From Candidatus Babeliales bacterium (GTDB lineage: Bacteria > Babelota > Babeliae > Babelales > JANWKD01): a DNA stretch of 64,000 nt. Location of the stretch: positions 864,001-928,000 of the forward strand of contig CAVRJM010000001.1 of the NCBI GenBank assembly GCA_963722075.1, read 5' to 3'. The notes beneath the pieces were generated by a model that had not been told where the DNA came from, ran no database searches, and saw only the letters and a list, made by a program, of their open reading frames with translations. Position 1 is the stretch's first letter. The number at the start of each line of letters is the position of its first letter. Below, piece after piece: positions 18,851-29,207 of this stretch. Made by a program: the position numbers and the translations under genes.

Positions 18851-19855
18851 ATGATTTTTTTCATATTTAGCCCGAAAGTACTGATGATTTTTAAAAACGT
18901 AAAGGCATGGGCTTTATTCATTGCTCTAATATTCATATCATGTAACATTCTTTATGCTGAAACAACGATCACTTTGATTGATAAAGCAGGCAGTATAGTG
19001 GATGTATTTGGTTATCATTCCTATCAAGAGTTTTTTAATCCTGACTGCAGCAGAATGGTAACGAGTATGTGCAATAAAGTTATTGTGTGGGATACGCAAA
19101 CAAGCCAACCTGTCTTGGTTTTTGGTGGTGACGCTGATTTGATAGCCACAACAGGGGTTTTTAGTCCCAATGGAGAACTAATTTTAATAGTATCTGAACG
19201 AAGATCACCTGAAGCAACCCAGATAGTAGCAACAGTGCATAATGCACATACAGGCAAAATAGTATGTTTACTTAAAGATTTTAATGCCACCAGCAACACA
19301 TTTAGTCCAGATAGTACCAAAATCATGGGTATAGGAGCTAATAACAATGTTGCTATATGGGATGCCCAAACAGGAAGCCCTTTATTTACACTTGATGCAA
19401 AACATGTGTGTGCTTTTAGTCCAAACGGTAAAACCATTATAAATGCAGCTCGCTCTGAAAATGATACAAAAGTCTTTGATGCGCAAACCGGAAAACTAAT
19501 TGCGGTAATTTGTAATTCAATGTGTTATGGTTTTAGTCAAGACGGTAATCGCATTTTGGTTTTACAAAAAACTCCACACGATGAAACTCAACCTGAATTT
19601 ACGATAGTTTCATTAGAATCCAATCTGGCATGCATTGACGATCATATAAAATATTTAAAGGTATCTACCGATTATTCACTTATAGCTGGATCAAGTATTA
19701 ATCCTGTAAAATTTGCTTTTAGGATCAATCAAGATCAAGGATATGCTATTCTTAACAATAAAAAGACTGGACAAGAAAAAATATTAAGTTTAACGCCGGA
19801 TTCCGTACCAGTTCCAGGTAAAAGAGCTTTTCACCTTTGTTCAATTGAAGCATAA
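18851..19855 (+). CDS. Secreted WD40/beta-propeller protein (true start probably about 18884)
   Basis: Repeated FSP(D/N)G and WDAQTG motifs; signal peptide. Confidence 0.8.
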   Translation: MIFFIFSPKVLMIFKNVKAWALFIALIFISCNILYAETTITLIDKAGSIVDVFGYHSYQEFFNPDCSRMVTSMCNKVIVWDTQTSQPVLVFGGDADLIATTGVFSPNGELILIVSERRSPEATQIVATVHNAHTGKIVCLLKDFNATSNTFSPDSTKIMGIGANNNVAIWDAQTGSPLFTLDAKHVCAFSPNGKTIINAARSENDTKVFDAQTGKLIAVICNSMCYGFSQDGNRILVLQKTPHDETQPEFTIVSLESNLACIDDHIKYLKVSTDYSLIAGSSINPVKFAFRINQDQGYAILNNKKTGQEKILSLTPDSVPVPGKRAFHLCSIEA

Positions 19856-20034
19856 AAAATACGCACGAATATTTATTAAGAAAATTTGGCCTATTATAGA
19901 TTATTAGTAAAAGATGCTTTAACAATTTAATTAAGACTACTTATAAGCCAAAGCATTCTGTAAATAATGTTCAATATTGCAAATCTAGATCGCATCGAAC
20001 TATCTTAAGAAAAATATAAAAAAAGGATTGAAGG

Positions 20035-21400
20035 ATGATGCGGTTACTATTGATATTTTTTGTAATGTTGTTACCCAAATCTTTATTAACTAAACCAAAA
20101 ATTAATTATGACGAAGCACAAAAAATTGCAACTGAGGCATATATTTGGGGATACCCGCTTGTAGTTATGCAACGCACAAAACAGGAGATGACGCAGCATC
20201 ACCCACTCAATAGTGTCATTCGACAATCTGGATTAGTTACACCAGGATTTTCTGAAGTTGTTACACCCAATGTTGATACGCTCTACGCTGCAGCATGGCT
20301 TGATTTACAAAAGCAACCGCTTATTTTGGCGGTTCCTGATACTCGTGATCGTTATTATTCTGTTCAATTTTTAGATGCATATACTAATACCTTTTCCTAT
20401 GTTGGTAAACGAGCAACCGGAACTAAAGCAGGAAAATTTATTATTGCAGGGCCCCATTTGAAAGAAAAAATCGATTTTAAGTTACCCGTTATACAAGCAC
20501 CAACAAATACCGTATGGCTTATTGTGCGCATAGGAGTGAAGAATGATAAAGATTTACCCAATGCAAAAAAATTACTCGATCAAATTACTCTTTCCCCTTT
20601 ATACGGCTCCAGCAAAGCCATCATATTCAAAGCCGCCACAAGGGACGCCCCAAAATGTGCAACAATCTGGCATAGGATTTTTTGATGAGCTTACCCAAGC
20701 ACTCATTGGCAATGAGCCTCCAAAATCTCAAACAAAACTTTTAGAAAAGTTTGCAACAATTGGTATTGCTCAAGGTAAAAAGCCATCAGAAGAGATAACC
20801 GATCCTCAGTTAAAAGCCATACTCAACAATGCAATACAAGAAGGCGAAAAACAAATAAATAAAAAAATTAATGCACTAGCAGCCCCAAAAAATGGTTGGG
20901 GCTATGATTTTAAAACAGGCAACTATGGAAATGATTTTCTTTTACGTGCAGCAATCGCTAAGCAAGGATTGGGAGCAAATATTCCTGCTGAAGCGCTATA
21001 TGCTGCAGCGTTTGTTGATAATACGGGATTGCCCTTAGTTGGTTCAAAACGATATACCATTCATTTTGATAAAGATCAGATACCGCCGGTAAACGCTTTT
21101 TGGTCATTAACTTTGTATGATAGTAAAACCAAACAACTTGTCGCCAACCCTCTTAATCGCTATGCCATTGGCGATCGTTCTGAATTTGTAACCTATAATG
21201 ATGATGGATCTCTTGATATTTATATACAAAATGCAGCACCTGAGGCAAAAGAATCAAATTGGTTGCCATCACCAAAAGAAAATTTCTATCTTATATTACG
21301 AATGTATATGCCAAAAAAAGAAGTTCTTAATGATACCTATAATTATCCATCAATTGTACGTTTAGATAAGAATGAAGCCCATAAAAGGAACAATGGATGA
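20035..21400 (+). pseudogene. DUF1254/DUF1214 protein split by a frameshift near 20600
   Basis: AYIWGYPLV and PNVDTLY..AWLDL (DUF1254) in the first ORF; PPVNAFWSLTLYD and NWLPSP..F.LILRMY (DUF1214) in the overlapping ORF. Confidence 0.85.
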
Positions 21401-21945
21401 AAGTATTTGCAATCGTTATATTCTTAAGTGTAATACAGCCATCATTATTATATGCAATGTGCATGCCAGGTAGCTTTCAAGCCGTTTCCGGTTCTCCTTT
21501 TGCAACAGAATCAGTACCAACTGCGATAGCATATTCACCCGTAATAAATGGGAATTTATTTGCTGCTATCACTAATTCCGGGAATAATTCGGTATCAGTT
21601 TATTTGGTAAATCAAACAACCCGCGCATTTACCCCTGTCAGCGGATCGCCTTTTGCAACGGGAGCTGACCCCGCTAATATCGTTTTTTCACCAGTACTAG
21701 ATGGCCAATTATTTGCTGCTATTGCCAATTTAGATAGCAATTACCATATCAATATATACTGTTGATCCTAATTCTGGGGCATTTACCCCTATAAGCAGCT
21801 CGCCCATGAGCACTGCTTCAGGCCCTCTTGGTATAGCTTTCTCCCCACTAACAAACGGTAATTTATTTCTCGCGGTTTCTAATGGTAAATGCCAATCTTG
21901 TATCTGTTTATGTACTATGCTCTAGTTCCATAAGCAGTTGCAGTG
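21397..21945 (+). pseudogene. Secreted beta-propeller (lactonase-like SGSPF repeat) protein, frameshifted
   Basis: Repeats FTPVSGSPFATG..P..I.FSP..G.LFAAI.N; a third repeat continues in a shifted frame after about 21743. Confidence 0.7.
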
Positions 21946-21967
21946 AAAGAATGTGGTTAAAAATACT

Positions 21968-22531
21968 ATGAATAAAAATTTTATTTTTCTTATTTTACTT
22001 TTTATTTTTTTATCGGCGCATGCTTATAAACCCGCTGATTTTTCTCTTTTTGATCTAGCTTTTACTTCTGGTTATATATGGAAGCATGATTCCATTTTCA
22101 AACAAGTATATGGTAATGGAATTCCCGATTTTATTACCGTAGATGCATGTTGTTATCCATTACCTTATGCAGGAACTGGCATCAAAACCAGCTACTGGCA
22201 AGCAAAGGGAAAAACAACCTGTCTTAAAGCGCATACAAAACTTCAAGAAGTTCCTTTAATTAGTTATGTGCGCGCACGATTTGGTTATTGGTTACAAGGA
22301 TACGTTTCACTGGGTGGCGGCGCCATTTTTATTAGAGAAAAAAGTTATTTGGGCACCGTACATAAAACGGTTGGTATTTCAGAAGCAGAAATAGGATTTA
22401 ACTACTTCCCGCATCCTAATGTGTATCTCACTAGTGCCTGCAGATATTTATTTCCACGACAAAAATCAGCTGGTAATAAAGCTGATTTTGGTGGCGTTGG
22501 CCTTCGCGGCGGTATCGGCTTTAGTTATTGA
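21968..22531 (+). CDS. Outer-membrane beta-barrel protein (OmpA/OmpW-like)
   Basis: Signal peptide, amphipathic strands, C-terminal GGIGFSY. Confidence 0.65.
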   Translation: MNKNFIFLILLFIFLSAHAYKPADFSLFDLAFTSGYIWKHDSIFKQVYGNGIPDFITVDACCYPLPYAGTGIKTSYWQAKGKTTCLKAHTKLQEVPLISYVRARFGYWLQGYVSLGGGAIFIREKSYLGTVHKTVGISEAEIGFNYFPHPNVYLTSACRYLFPRQKSAGNKADFGGVGLRGGIGFSY

Positions 22532-22534
22532 TAG

Positions 22535-22715
22535 CAATAATTGCGCCATTCTTACACTAAACTATTGCCATCCATACGACTAAATAATTTTAGATTGCCA
22601 TGGTTATCCATAATGGCGATGGCAATTTTAATATTTTTTTCATGAGCTTTTTTTCAGCAGCAGCTGCTGCATTTTTTGCCATATCAAGTGACAATGATTT
22701 TACTGTAAAGACCAT
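22535..22715 (-). pseudogene. GlcG/HbpS (DUF336) heme-binding family remnant
   Basis: AAAGGA RBS, then MVFTVKSLSLDMAKNAAAAAEK/KAHEKNIKIAIAIMDNHGNLKLFSRMDG with a frameshift in an A7 run; truncated. Confidence 0.75.
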
Positions 22716-22762
22716 TTGTTCCTTTTTTAGGGTAATAATTTATTTTGTTTTTTAGATTATCG

Positions 22763-23785
22763 TTAATTTAATTGTTTTGCTACATACTCCTGTACTATGG
22801 TTAGGCATTCCTTTTTTCTGTCATCTGATGCAAAAGAAAAAACAAAAGAATTTTTCGCACATTCGATATCATTATCAATCGATAACCCCATTTGGGTTAT
22901 GGCAGCATAATAATTCTCAGCAATATATCCTCCAAAAAAAGCAGGGTCATCTGAATTAATAGTTGTTATTACACCTGCATCGATCATTTTTTTAAGCGGA
23001 TGATATTTAAGGTTTTTTACTATACCAAGAGCATAATTAGATAGAGGGCATACCGTTAATGGTATCTTTCGTTGTACCAATTCTTTCATCAATGCTGGAT
23101 CCTCGATAGCACGAATACCATGGTCAATTCGTTCTACTTTTAGCAGTTCAATTGCTTCTTTAATATAAGATGGTGGGCCTTCTTCGCCTGCATGTGCCAC
23201 ACAATGATAACCATACGATCGTGCTTGTGCAAAGACCGCATCAAATTTAGATAACGGATTTCCTTTTTCTATTGAAGCTAATCCTACCGAAACAATTTTA
23301 TCTTTAAAAGGTAATGATTGTTCAAGCGCTTCAAAAGCACTTTCTTGACTCAGGTCACGCCTAATGCACAATATCAGTGCTCCTGAAATGCCCCACTTTT
23401 TACCCCCATCAACTAACGCATCATGAATACCATTAATAACAACTGCTGGTTTTATATCCCGCAATAAATAGGTTTGAATATCAAAAAAGATTTCTGTATG
23501 AAGCACACCTTGATCTGCTACTTTTTTTAAATACGCTAACGTAAGCTCATAAAAATCTTCCTGTGTGCATAATACTGTTGAAATATGCACATATGCGTTA
23601 ATAAATGAATCGAAATCAGAAAAACGGTATGCAAGTTGCGGTTCTTGGACTGTTTTATAAGGGATATCTATATTATTACGCCGCGCAAAGTACAGAAACT
23701 GTTCTGGTTCCATAGTTCCTTCAATATGAACATGCAACTCAGCTTTAGGTAAATTATAGATAAATGCCTTAAGATTTTTATACAT
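22763..23785 (-). CDS. add: Adenosine/adenine deaminase
   Basis: LPKAELHVHIEG, AHAGEEG, RIDHG, NSDDPAFFG. Confidence 0.93.
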   Translation of the reverse strand: MYKNLKAFIYNLPKAELHVHIEGTMEPEQFLYFARRNNIDIPYKTVQEPQLAYRFSDFDSFINAYVHISTVLCTQEDFYELTLAYLKKVADQGVLHTEIFFDIQTYLLRDIKPAVVINGIHDALVDGGKKWGISGALILCIRRDLSQESAFEALEQSLPFKDKIVSVGLASIEKGNPLSKFDAVFAQARSYGYHCVAHAGEEGPPSYIKEAIELLKVERIDHGIRAIEDPALMKELVQRKIPLTVCPLSNYALGIVKNLKYHPLKKMIDAGVITTINSDDPAFFGGYIAENYYAAITQMGLSIDNDIECAKNSFVFSFASDDRKKECLTIVQEYVAKQLN

Positions 23786-23855
23786 TTTGATTGTATTTCA
23801 TTACAAGTTATGTTTTTCATAAAGTCTAGTAAAACTAACTTAAAAAGGGGAATAT

Positions 23856-24215
23856 ATGAAAGACAATGATTCAATTGATCTATTATCATTGGAACGTACA
23901 CTTCTTGCCGCTGAACGAACGTTTGGCTCATGGATAAGAACGGCACTTTCAGCAATGGCTGGCGGTCTTGCTATGTTACGATTAATTCATTTTAAAACAC
24001 CTACCCATGTAGTTATTGCACATCTTATTGGTCAAATATTAATTATATGGGGATTTTGTGTGATAGTTTTATCTGCAATAGATTACAAGAGAAAATTGCA
24101 ACAAACGGTAGAAATGACACAATCATATAAATTATCATCAATTAAATTCATTATTATGGTTATACCGCTTATCATTGTGTGTTTTTTATTGCTATGGGTT
24201 ACCTTGCCATATTAA
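23856..24215 (+). CDS. YidH/DUF202 membrane protein
   Basis: ERTLLAAERTFGSWIRTAL. Confidence 0.85.
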   Translation: MKDNDSIDLLSLERTLLAAERTFGSWIRTALSAMAGGLAMLRLIHFKTPTHVVIAHLIGQILIIWGFCVIVLSAIDYKRKLQQTVEMTQSYKLSSIKFIIMVIPLIIVCFLLLWVTLPY

Positions 24216-24337
24216 TTAGTAATTACTTTCTTTTTTATTATTTTTATAAACTTTTTATTGATAAAAACATTTTTGATTTTTCAAATTAATAAAAAAATAA
24301 TATTGAATAAAGTTAGTTTAATTATGAGGATATAATT

Positions 24338-25189
24338 ATGGTAAATAAAACTGTTTTTTTTAGATTTATTTTAGTTGCTTTTCAGATTATTAATTTGTTT
24401 TCAAGCAATAGCGTATTAAGCAAAAATGCACTTGTTACTATTCCAAAATGCGGATCTTTCTTATTATTAAAAACTATTCAATTAATAAATGGAAAAAAAG
24501 AACGTATTATGCCAAAGGAATTATATTTAATTCCTGATTCAACAATGAAAACTTTTTTTGATAAAGATGTCATTCTATCATCTCATGCAATTTATGTTGA
24601 TATGAATATTAATCAGCTCAATAAAAATAATATTAAGACTATTTTTATCTACAGAGATCCACGCGATCAAATCGTATCAGCTGCTTTTTGGATAAAAAAA
24701 AATTCTCATTGGCCACATGCTAACTGGGACATAAATTCACTCATTGATGAGCTTATAATTTGCGGTGGATCAATATGGGGCACTATATTTAAACTTGCTA
24801 CTCAAATACCTGATGCAGATTTACCTTGGCTAGGATTAAAAGGAATAGCTGAATTTTATAATATGTACTTACCCTGGCGATTTGAACCTAATGTTTATAC
24901 AACGACCTTTGAGAAGCTCGTAGGGCCCCGCGGTGGTGGAAACTTAGAAAGCCAATTAAATGAAATTATGGCAATTACTCAACATATGGGAATGAACCTT
25001 GATAGAAGACAAGCCACTCGAATAGCTCATTCTTTATTTGGCGGAACTCTAACATTTCGTGAAGGTAAAATTGGTTCATATAAAAAACATTTCTTAGAAC
25101 GTCACAAGATAGCATTTAAAACAAAACACAATGGTGCGGGACAAAAATTACTTGAATATTTAGGCTATGAAAAAGATGCAAATTGGTAA
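24338..25189 (+). CDS. Sulfotransferase-domain protein with N-terminal signal/anchor
   Basis: 5'-PSB TIPKCGS, 3'-PB YRDPRDQIVS, FREGKIG. Confidence 0.85.
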   Translation: MVNKTVFFRFILVAFQIINLFSSNSVLSKNALVTIPKCGSFLLLKTIQLINGKKERIMPKELYLIPDSTMKTFFDKDVILSSHAIYVDMNINQLNKNNIKTIFIYRDPRDQIVSAAFWIKKNSHWPHANWDINSLIDELIICGGSIWGTIFKLATQIPDADLPWLGLKGIAEFYNMYLPWRFEPNVYTTTFEKLVGPRGGGNLESQLNEIMAITQHMGMNLDRRQATRIAHSLFGGTLTFREGKIGSYKKHFLERHKIAFKTKHNGAGQKLLEYLGYEKDANW

Positions 25190-25196
25190 TTAGATA

Positions 25197-26096
25197 TTAA
25201 AAACGCGCATTCCAGGATGCCCATACCGTTATAATATATTTATTACCATAAACTTTCGGCACATGATCAAATCCATATGCAGTGTAGAATAACAACCTAT
25301 TGGAAATAGTTTTAGTTTTAAATCTATATTTATATACGCCATAAAAGTTACTTCTTATATAATTTGCTTTGCGAACAATTTCATCAAGTGATGGGTGGAT
25401 ATGCGCCCCAAAACGAGTTCGTGATGTATACCCAAACTCAATACCATGATGTTCATTAAAATTATTTTTATTTGCAATAAGCAAATCTCCAATATTCCCT
25501 AAGGTAAACATAAATGTCTGATCGGTACCATTATGAGCATAACGAGGAATAAAATATATGTACCTCCCGCCATATATAAGCGTGCTAATAGCATTTAATG
25601 TGCATATACCATCTACCTGAATACCCAGACCAACTAGACTATATCCAAAATCAACATGTTCTAATCGTAAAATTCGATGAGTTGGAACGCCAAATAACCC
25701 TGATAAGGTAACAACGTTATGAGCATCAGTTAGTATATTACGTCCTGCAGTAAAAAGAATATCATCGGTCTCAGTACCCTCAAAAGTAGTTACACCTGCT
25801 ACTTTTTCATGAATGTGAGAAAAGGCACTATCAACCCGAAAATAATATGGTTTAAAATTGTAAATAAGAGATCCAAGTCCACCAACAAAATTTTGTCGGG
25901 TACCATTATACTTTTTTCGATATTGGTCAAAAAATAATCCAACCGTATTTAGACTATTTTTATTCTCATTTTCAACAATAGGCTGCTTGGTTATTTGCGC
26001 AATACGAAAGTTATACACCATTGATATGGGCAATAGATTACCGCTCCAAAATAAAAGTAAAAAAAATATATAGGTATATGCTTTCATTATTCTCAC
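25197..26096 (-). CDS. Secreted hypothetical protein, possible beta-barrel
   Basis: Signal peptide, aromatic strands, terminal Phe. Confidence 0.55.
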   Translation of the reverse strand: MRIMKAYTYIFFLLLFWSGNLLPISMVYNFRIAQITKQPIVENENKNSLNTVGLFFDQYRKKYNGTRQNFVGGLGSLIYNFKPYYFRVDSAFSHIHEKVAGVTTFEGTETDDILFTAGRNILTDAHNVVTLSGLFGVPTHRILRLEHVDFGYSLVGLGIQVDGICTLNAISTLIYGGRYIYFIPRYAHNGTDQTFMFTLGNIGDLLIANKNNFNEHHGIEFGYTSRTRFGAHIHPSLDEIVRKANYIRSNFYGVYKYRFKTKTISNRLLFYTAYGFDHVPKVYGNKYIITVWASWNARF

Positions 26097-26238
26097 TTTC
26101 TAATTTTTTATTATAGTTGCATTATACCTGGCTCGTTAAAAAAAGTAGAATATATAAGATAAATCCATGATTTTTCCCTTAATTTATTCCGTATGTAAGC
26201 AAAAAAAGCTATTTTAATAATGTTTTATAAATGAATAA

Positions 26239-26769
26239 ATGAAGGAAGAAAATATGATCCATTATCTACTAATCATATTATTTATCATATATATACCACT
26301 CCTGGGTATGCGCCCTAATCCGCAAGAAATTATCACAACAAATATTAAAGAGCTTGTTAAAGGGACCCAAACAAAGGAAGAACTAGAAAAATATTACAGC
26401 TATCAACAATTGAGAGATTTCAGAGATCAAAACGAAAATAATTTAATTCATATAGTTATAAAAAAATTACTCACTCAACGGGGCCATAAAGGGTTTTCAT
26501 ATTTTGTTGATAGTTATAAATCATTATTACGCTACCTAATTAACTCCGGCATTGATATTAATGAAGGAAATTTAAAAACAAGAACTCCGCTCTATTACGT
26601 ATATAAAAGGCAAAATGCGCAATTAGATTTTTTAAAACAATTTTTAGAAAATGAACTAAGTGCAGGTCTTGCGCCCACCATTCATTTTAAAGATTTACAT
26701 TTAAGCGACCTTCCATTACTTTGTATACAGTTTTTATGTGGCAATTGTTTAAAAGATAAATACGATTAA
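26239..26769 (+). CDS. Small secreted ankyrin-like protein (paralog 1)
   Basis: FRDQNENNLIH..GIDINEGN..RTPL. Confidence 0.7.
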   Translation: MKEENMIHYLLIILFIIYIPLLGMRPNPQEIITTNIKELVKGTQTKEELEKYYSYQQLRDFRDQNENNLIHIVIKKLLTQRGHKGFSYFVDSYKSLLRYLINSGIDINEGNLKTRTPLYYVYKRQNAQLDFLKQFLENELSAGLAPTIHFKDLHLSDLPLLCIQFLCGNCLKDKYD

Positions 26770-26778
26770 AGGAACTTC

Positions 26779-27282
26779 ATGAAAATTGTATTATTATTAT
26801 TACTTTTCTTGCCATGTTCCATACTCAAAGGTATGCAACATATGGAATGTACCCCGCAGCAATTAATTGAACTCAATCACCCAACGTTAATCCAAGAATA
26901 TTTAAAAGAAGAACCTTATAGAAGCGAATTAATACAATTTAGAGATAATAATTACAATAATCTTATTCATTTGGTTGTAATGCATTTGATAAAACAAGGA
27001 TCTTCAGATTTCGATGTTGATAAATATAGACCATTATTGCATGATTTCGTAGTAAATGGCATTAATATAAATGAAGCAAACGATGATCATATTACTCCTA
27101 TATCACGCGTTCATCAGGCCAAAAAAGCTAATTCGAATACAATGCAATCATTAGCACGATATTTATTTGAATTAGGGGCTGTTGAATCCGCGAATGTTTC
27201 ATTTTCTACCTATATTCGTAATACTACAAATTGTATGTTAGAATTGTTGTGTATTAAAAGAATGAAATATAAATATAATTAA
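26779..27282 (+). CDS. Small secreted ankyrin-like protein (paralog 2)
   Basis: FRDNNYNNLIH..GININEAN..ITPI. Confidence 0.7.
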   Translation: MKIVLLLLLFLPCSILKGMQHMECTPQQLIELNHPTLIQEYLKEEPYRSELIQFRDNNYNNLIHLVVMHLIKQGSSDFDVDKYRPLLHDFVVNGININEANDDHITPISRVHQAKKANSNTMQSLARYLFELGAVESANVSFSTYIRNTTNCMLELLCIKRMKYKYN

Positions 27283-27289
27283 ATCCAAA

Positions 27290-27721
27290 TTATTCAAAAC
27301 CAAATTTTTTACTCCGCATCTTTTTTACCTGACTTCTTTGTTTTTTTGCCTGCAACTGCGATTCTTTAACCGCCACTGGCACTTTAGTTTTCATTCTTTT
27401 TTTAGGTACAATTAATGCCTTTCGTATTTCATCTGCAAGTTGATTGAGTGCCTGCTCCTTATTATGCTGCTGGCTTCGCGATGAACTATTATTGATAAGC
27501 AAGTCACCTTCTGTGGTTAACCGATTACTTAATTTTGCATATACTCGTTGCTTTTGCTCATCAGTTAAAGCAGTTGTTTGCAATACATTCCATCGTATTG
27601 TTATGCGTGATTGAGTTTTATTAACATGCTGACCGCCCGGCCCGCCCGACCCACTGGTGGTAATAATTAATTCTTGTTCAGGAATTACGATACTATTTTT
27701 AATTGATAATCCTTTTTTCAT
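27290..27721 (-). CDS. arfB: Alternative ribosome rescue peptidyl-tRNA hydrolase ArfB
   Basis: GGPGGQHVNK, RSQ..NK, basic C-terminal tail. Confidence 0.93.
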   Translation of the reverse strand: MKKGLSIKNSIVIPEQELIITTSGSGGPGGQHVNKTQSRITIRWNVLQTTALTDEQKQRVYAKLSNRLTTEGDLLINNSSSRSQQHNKEQALNQLADEIRKALIVPKKRMKTKVPVAVKESQLQAKKQRSQVKKMRSKKFGFE

Positions 27722-27853
27722 AATACTCTCTTTGTTTATTTTAATACAATTATAATATAATTTTTTATTATATTTTGCTATATATTAGACAAATGAAATA
27801 AATAATATAATACTAAAAAGAGGTATTTCTATATTACTTATAAGGATTTTAAT

Positions 27854-28234
27854 ATGAATATAATAGCAATTTGTGTAGCCACTATTTCTAATTTTATATT
27901 AGGTGGCATATGGTACTCGCTTTTATTTGGCAAGCTCTGGCAAAAAGAAGTTGGCCTCAGTAATGAACAACTTAAAGCAAGCGGCTCACTTCCCTTTATA
28001 CTCTCATTTTTTTATTCGCTATTAGCAGCTCTTGGTTTCAATTATTTAGTTCAATTCTCACCTTCTTTAGAACACAATGTCATCGTAGGATTAATTGTAG
28101 GTATTTTATTAGTTGCTACCTCCATGGGCACCAATTATCAATTTGCTGGCCGTTCATCAAAACTTTTTTTAATTGATGCTGGATACCATGTAGCACAATT
28201 TATTTTATACGCTTTTATTTTTTGGTATCTTTAA
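27854..28234 (+). CDS. DUF1761-family membrane protein
   Basis: LGGIWYS.LFGK.W...LFLIDAGY. Confidence 0.85.
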   Translation: MNIIAICVATISNFILGGIWYSLLFGKLWQKEVGLSNEQLKASGSLPFILSFFYSLLAALGFNYLVQFSPSLEHNVIVGLIVGILLVATSMGTNYQFAGRSSKLFLIDAGYHVAQFILYAFIFWYL

Positions 28235-28271
28235 TATCCATAATTAATAAACTAATATAAAAGGTAGAGGA

Positions 28272-29207
28272 ATGCTGGAAAAGAGTTATCAACAGCCAGA
28301 AAATCAATTAGCTGATATAAAAAAATTTATTAAAAAAATATTCTTTTTTAGCATTCCCTTTCTATGTATATTTTCACTCAATTATATAATTGATCCTTAT
28401 AATTTAAATAGAAGAGTAAATGTTTTTTTAGAAAAAAAAGATATTGCTTGTTTTTTTAATGAACGACTCTGGAAATTAAACAACTTTCTACAAAATCCTT
28501 ATTATTATATTATTTTAGGAGATTCTCGTGCAGCTCGCTTTTCTGAAGAATATATAACAGCTCTTACCCGCAAAGATTTTATTAATCTTTCTTTTAGTGG
28601 CGCAACCCTCATTGAAATCATCGATACTTTTTGGTTTATTACTTCGCAGGTAAAGCCAAAAGAAATTTTTCTTTGTATCAATTTTGATCGTTTTAATGAC
28701 TGGCAAAAAGCAAACGCCGTATATGAAGCAATTACTACAATCAATAATCCATGGTTACATTATATGCAGCCCCAAACAACCAAAATAGTATACTCATTGC
28801 TTTGTAATATCATTTTCAAAAAAAAAATATCTCAAGCTCCGCCAGTTGATCAAGCAGCTTTTTGGCAAATTCAGCTTGATGAGATTGATCAAGGATATAA
28901 ACGCTATACTTTTCCTTTATATGTAACAGAACAATTAACAAAAATTGTTGAATATTGTAAAAAAAATATGATCACGTTATCGTTTATCATTTTTCCTACG
29001 CATACTGATTTGCAAAAAAGAATAGTCATTGCTGGATTACAAGAGCAACACCAACAATTTAAGCAGTTCTTACATTCTCTGGCACCCGTATATGATTTTG
29101 ATATAGAAAATCATTTTACTGCTGATAATAATAATTTTGATGATCCAAAACATCTGAGTTATAGTGCCACCAAAAATCTTACAACACAGATTTGGCACAC
29201 CGCTTAA
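28272..29207 (+). CDS. SGNH/DltD-like membrane-anchored protein (probable MBOAT partner)
   Basis: IIDPY anchor, ILGDSR, NLSFSGA, FDDPKH (DxxH). Confidence 0.7.
   Translation: MLEKSYQQPENQLADIKKFIKKIFFFSIPFLCIFSLNYIIDPYNLNRRVNVFLEKKDIACFFNERLWKLNNFLQNPYYYIILGDSRAARFSEEYITALTRKDFINLSFSGATLIEIIDTFWFITSQVKPKEIFLCINFDRFNDWQKANAVYEAITTINNPWLHYMQPQTTKIVYSLLCNIIFKKKISQAPPVDQAAFWQIQLDEIDQGYKRYTFPLYVTEQLTKIVEYCKKNMITLSFIIFPTHTDLQKRIVIAGLQEQHQQFKQFLHSLAPVYDFDIENHFTADNNNFDDPKHLSYSATKNLTTQIWHTA

Noticed and set aside
20543..20685. Programmed frameshift in the DUF1254/DUF1214 gene
   Set aside because: No canonical slippery heptamer seen, and many neighbouring genes have similar indels
22592..22628. Hairpin resembling a terminator between convergent genes
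   Set aside because: Falls inside the GlcG-like pseudogene coding sequence and lacks a clear U-tract
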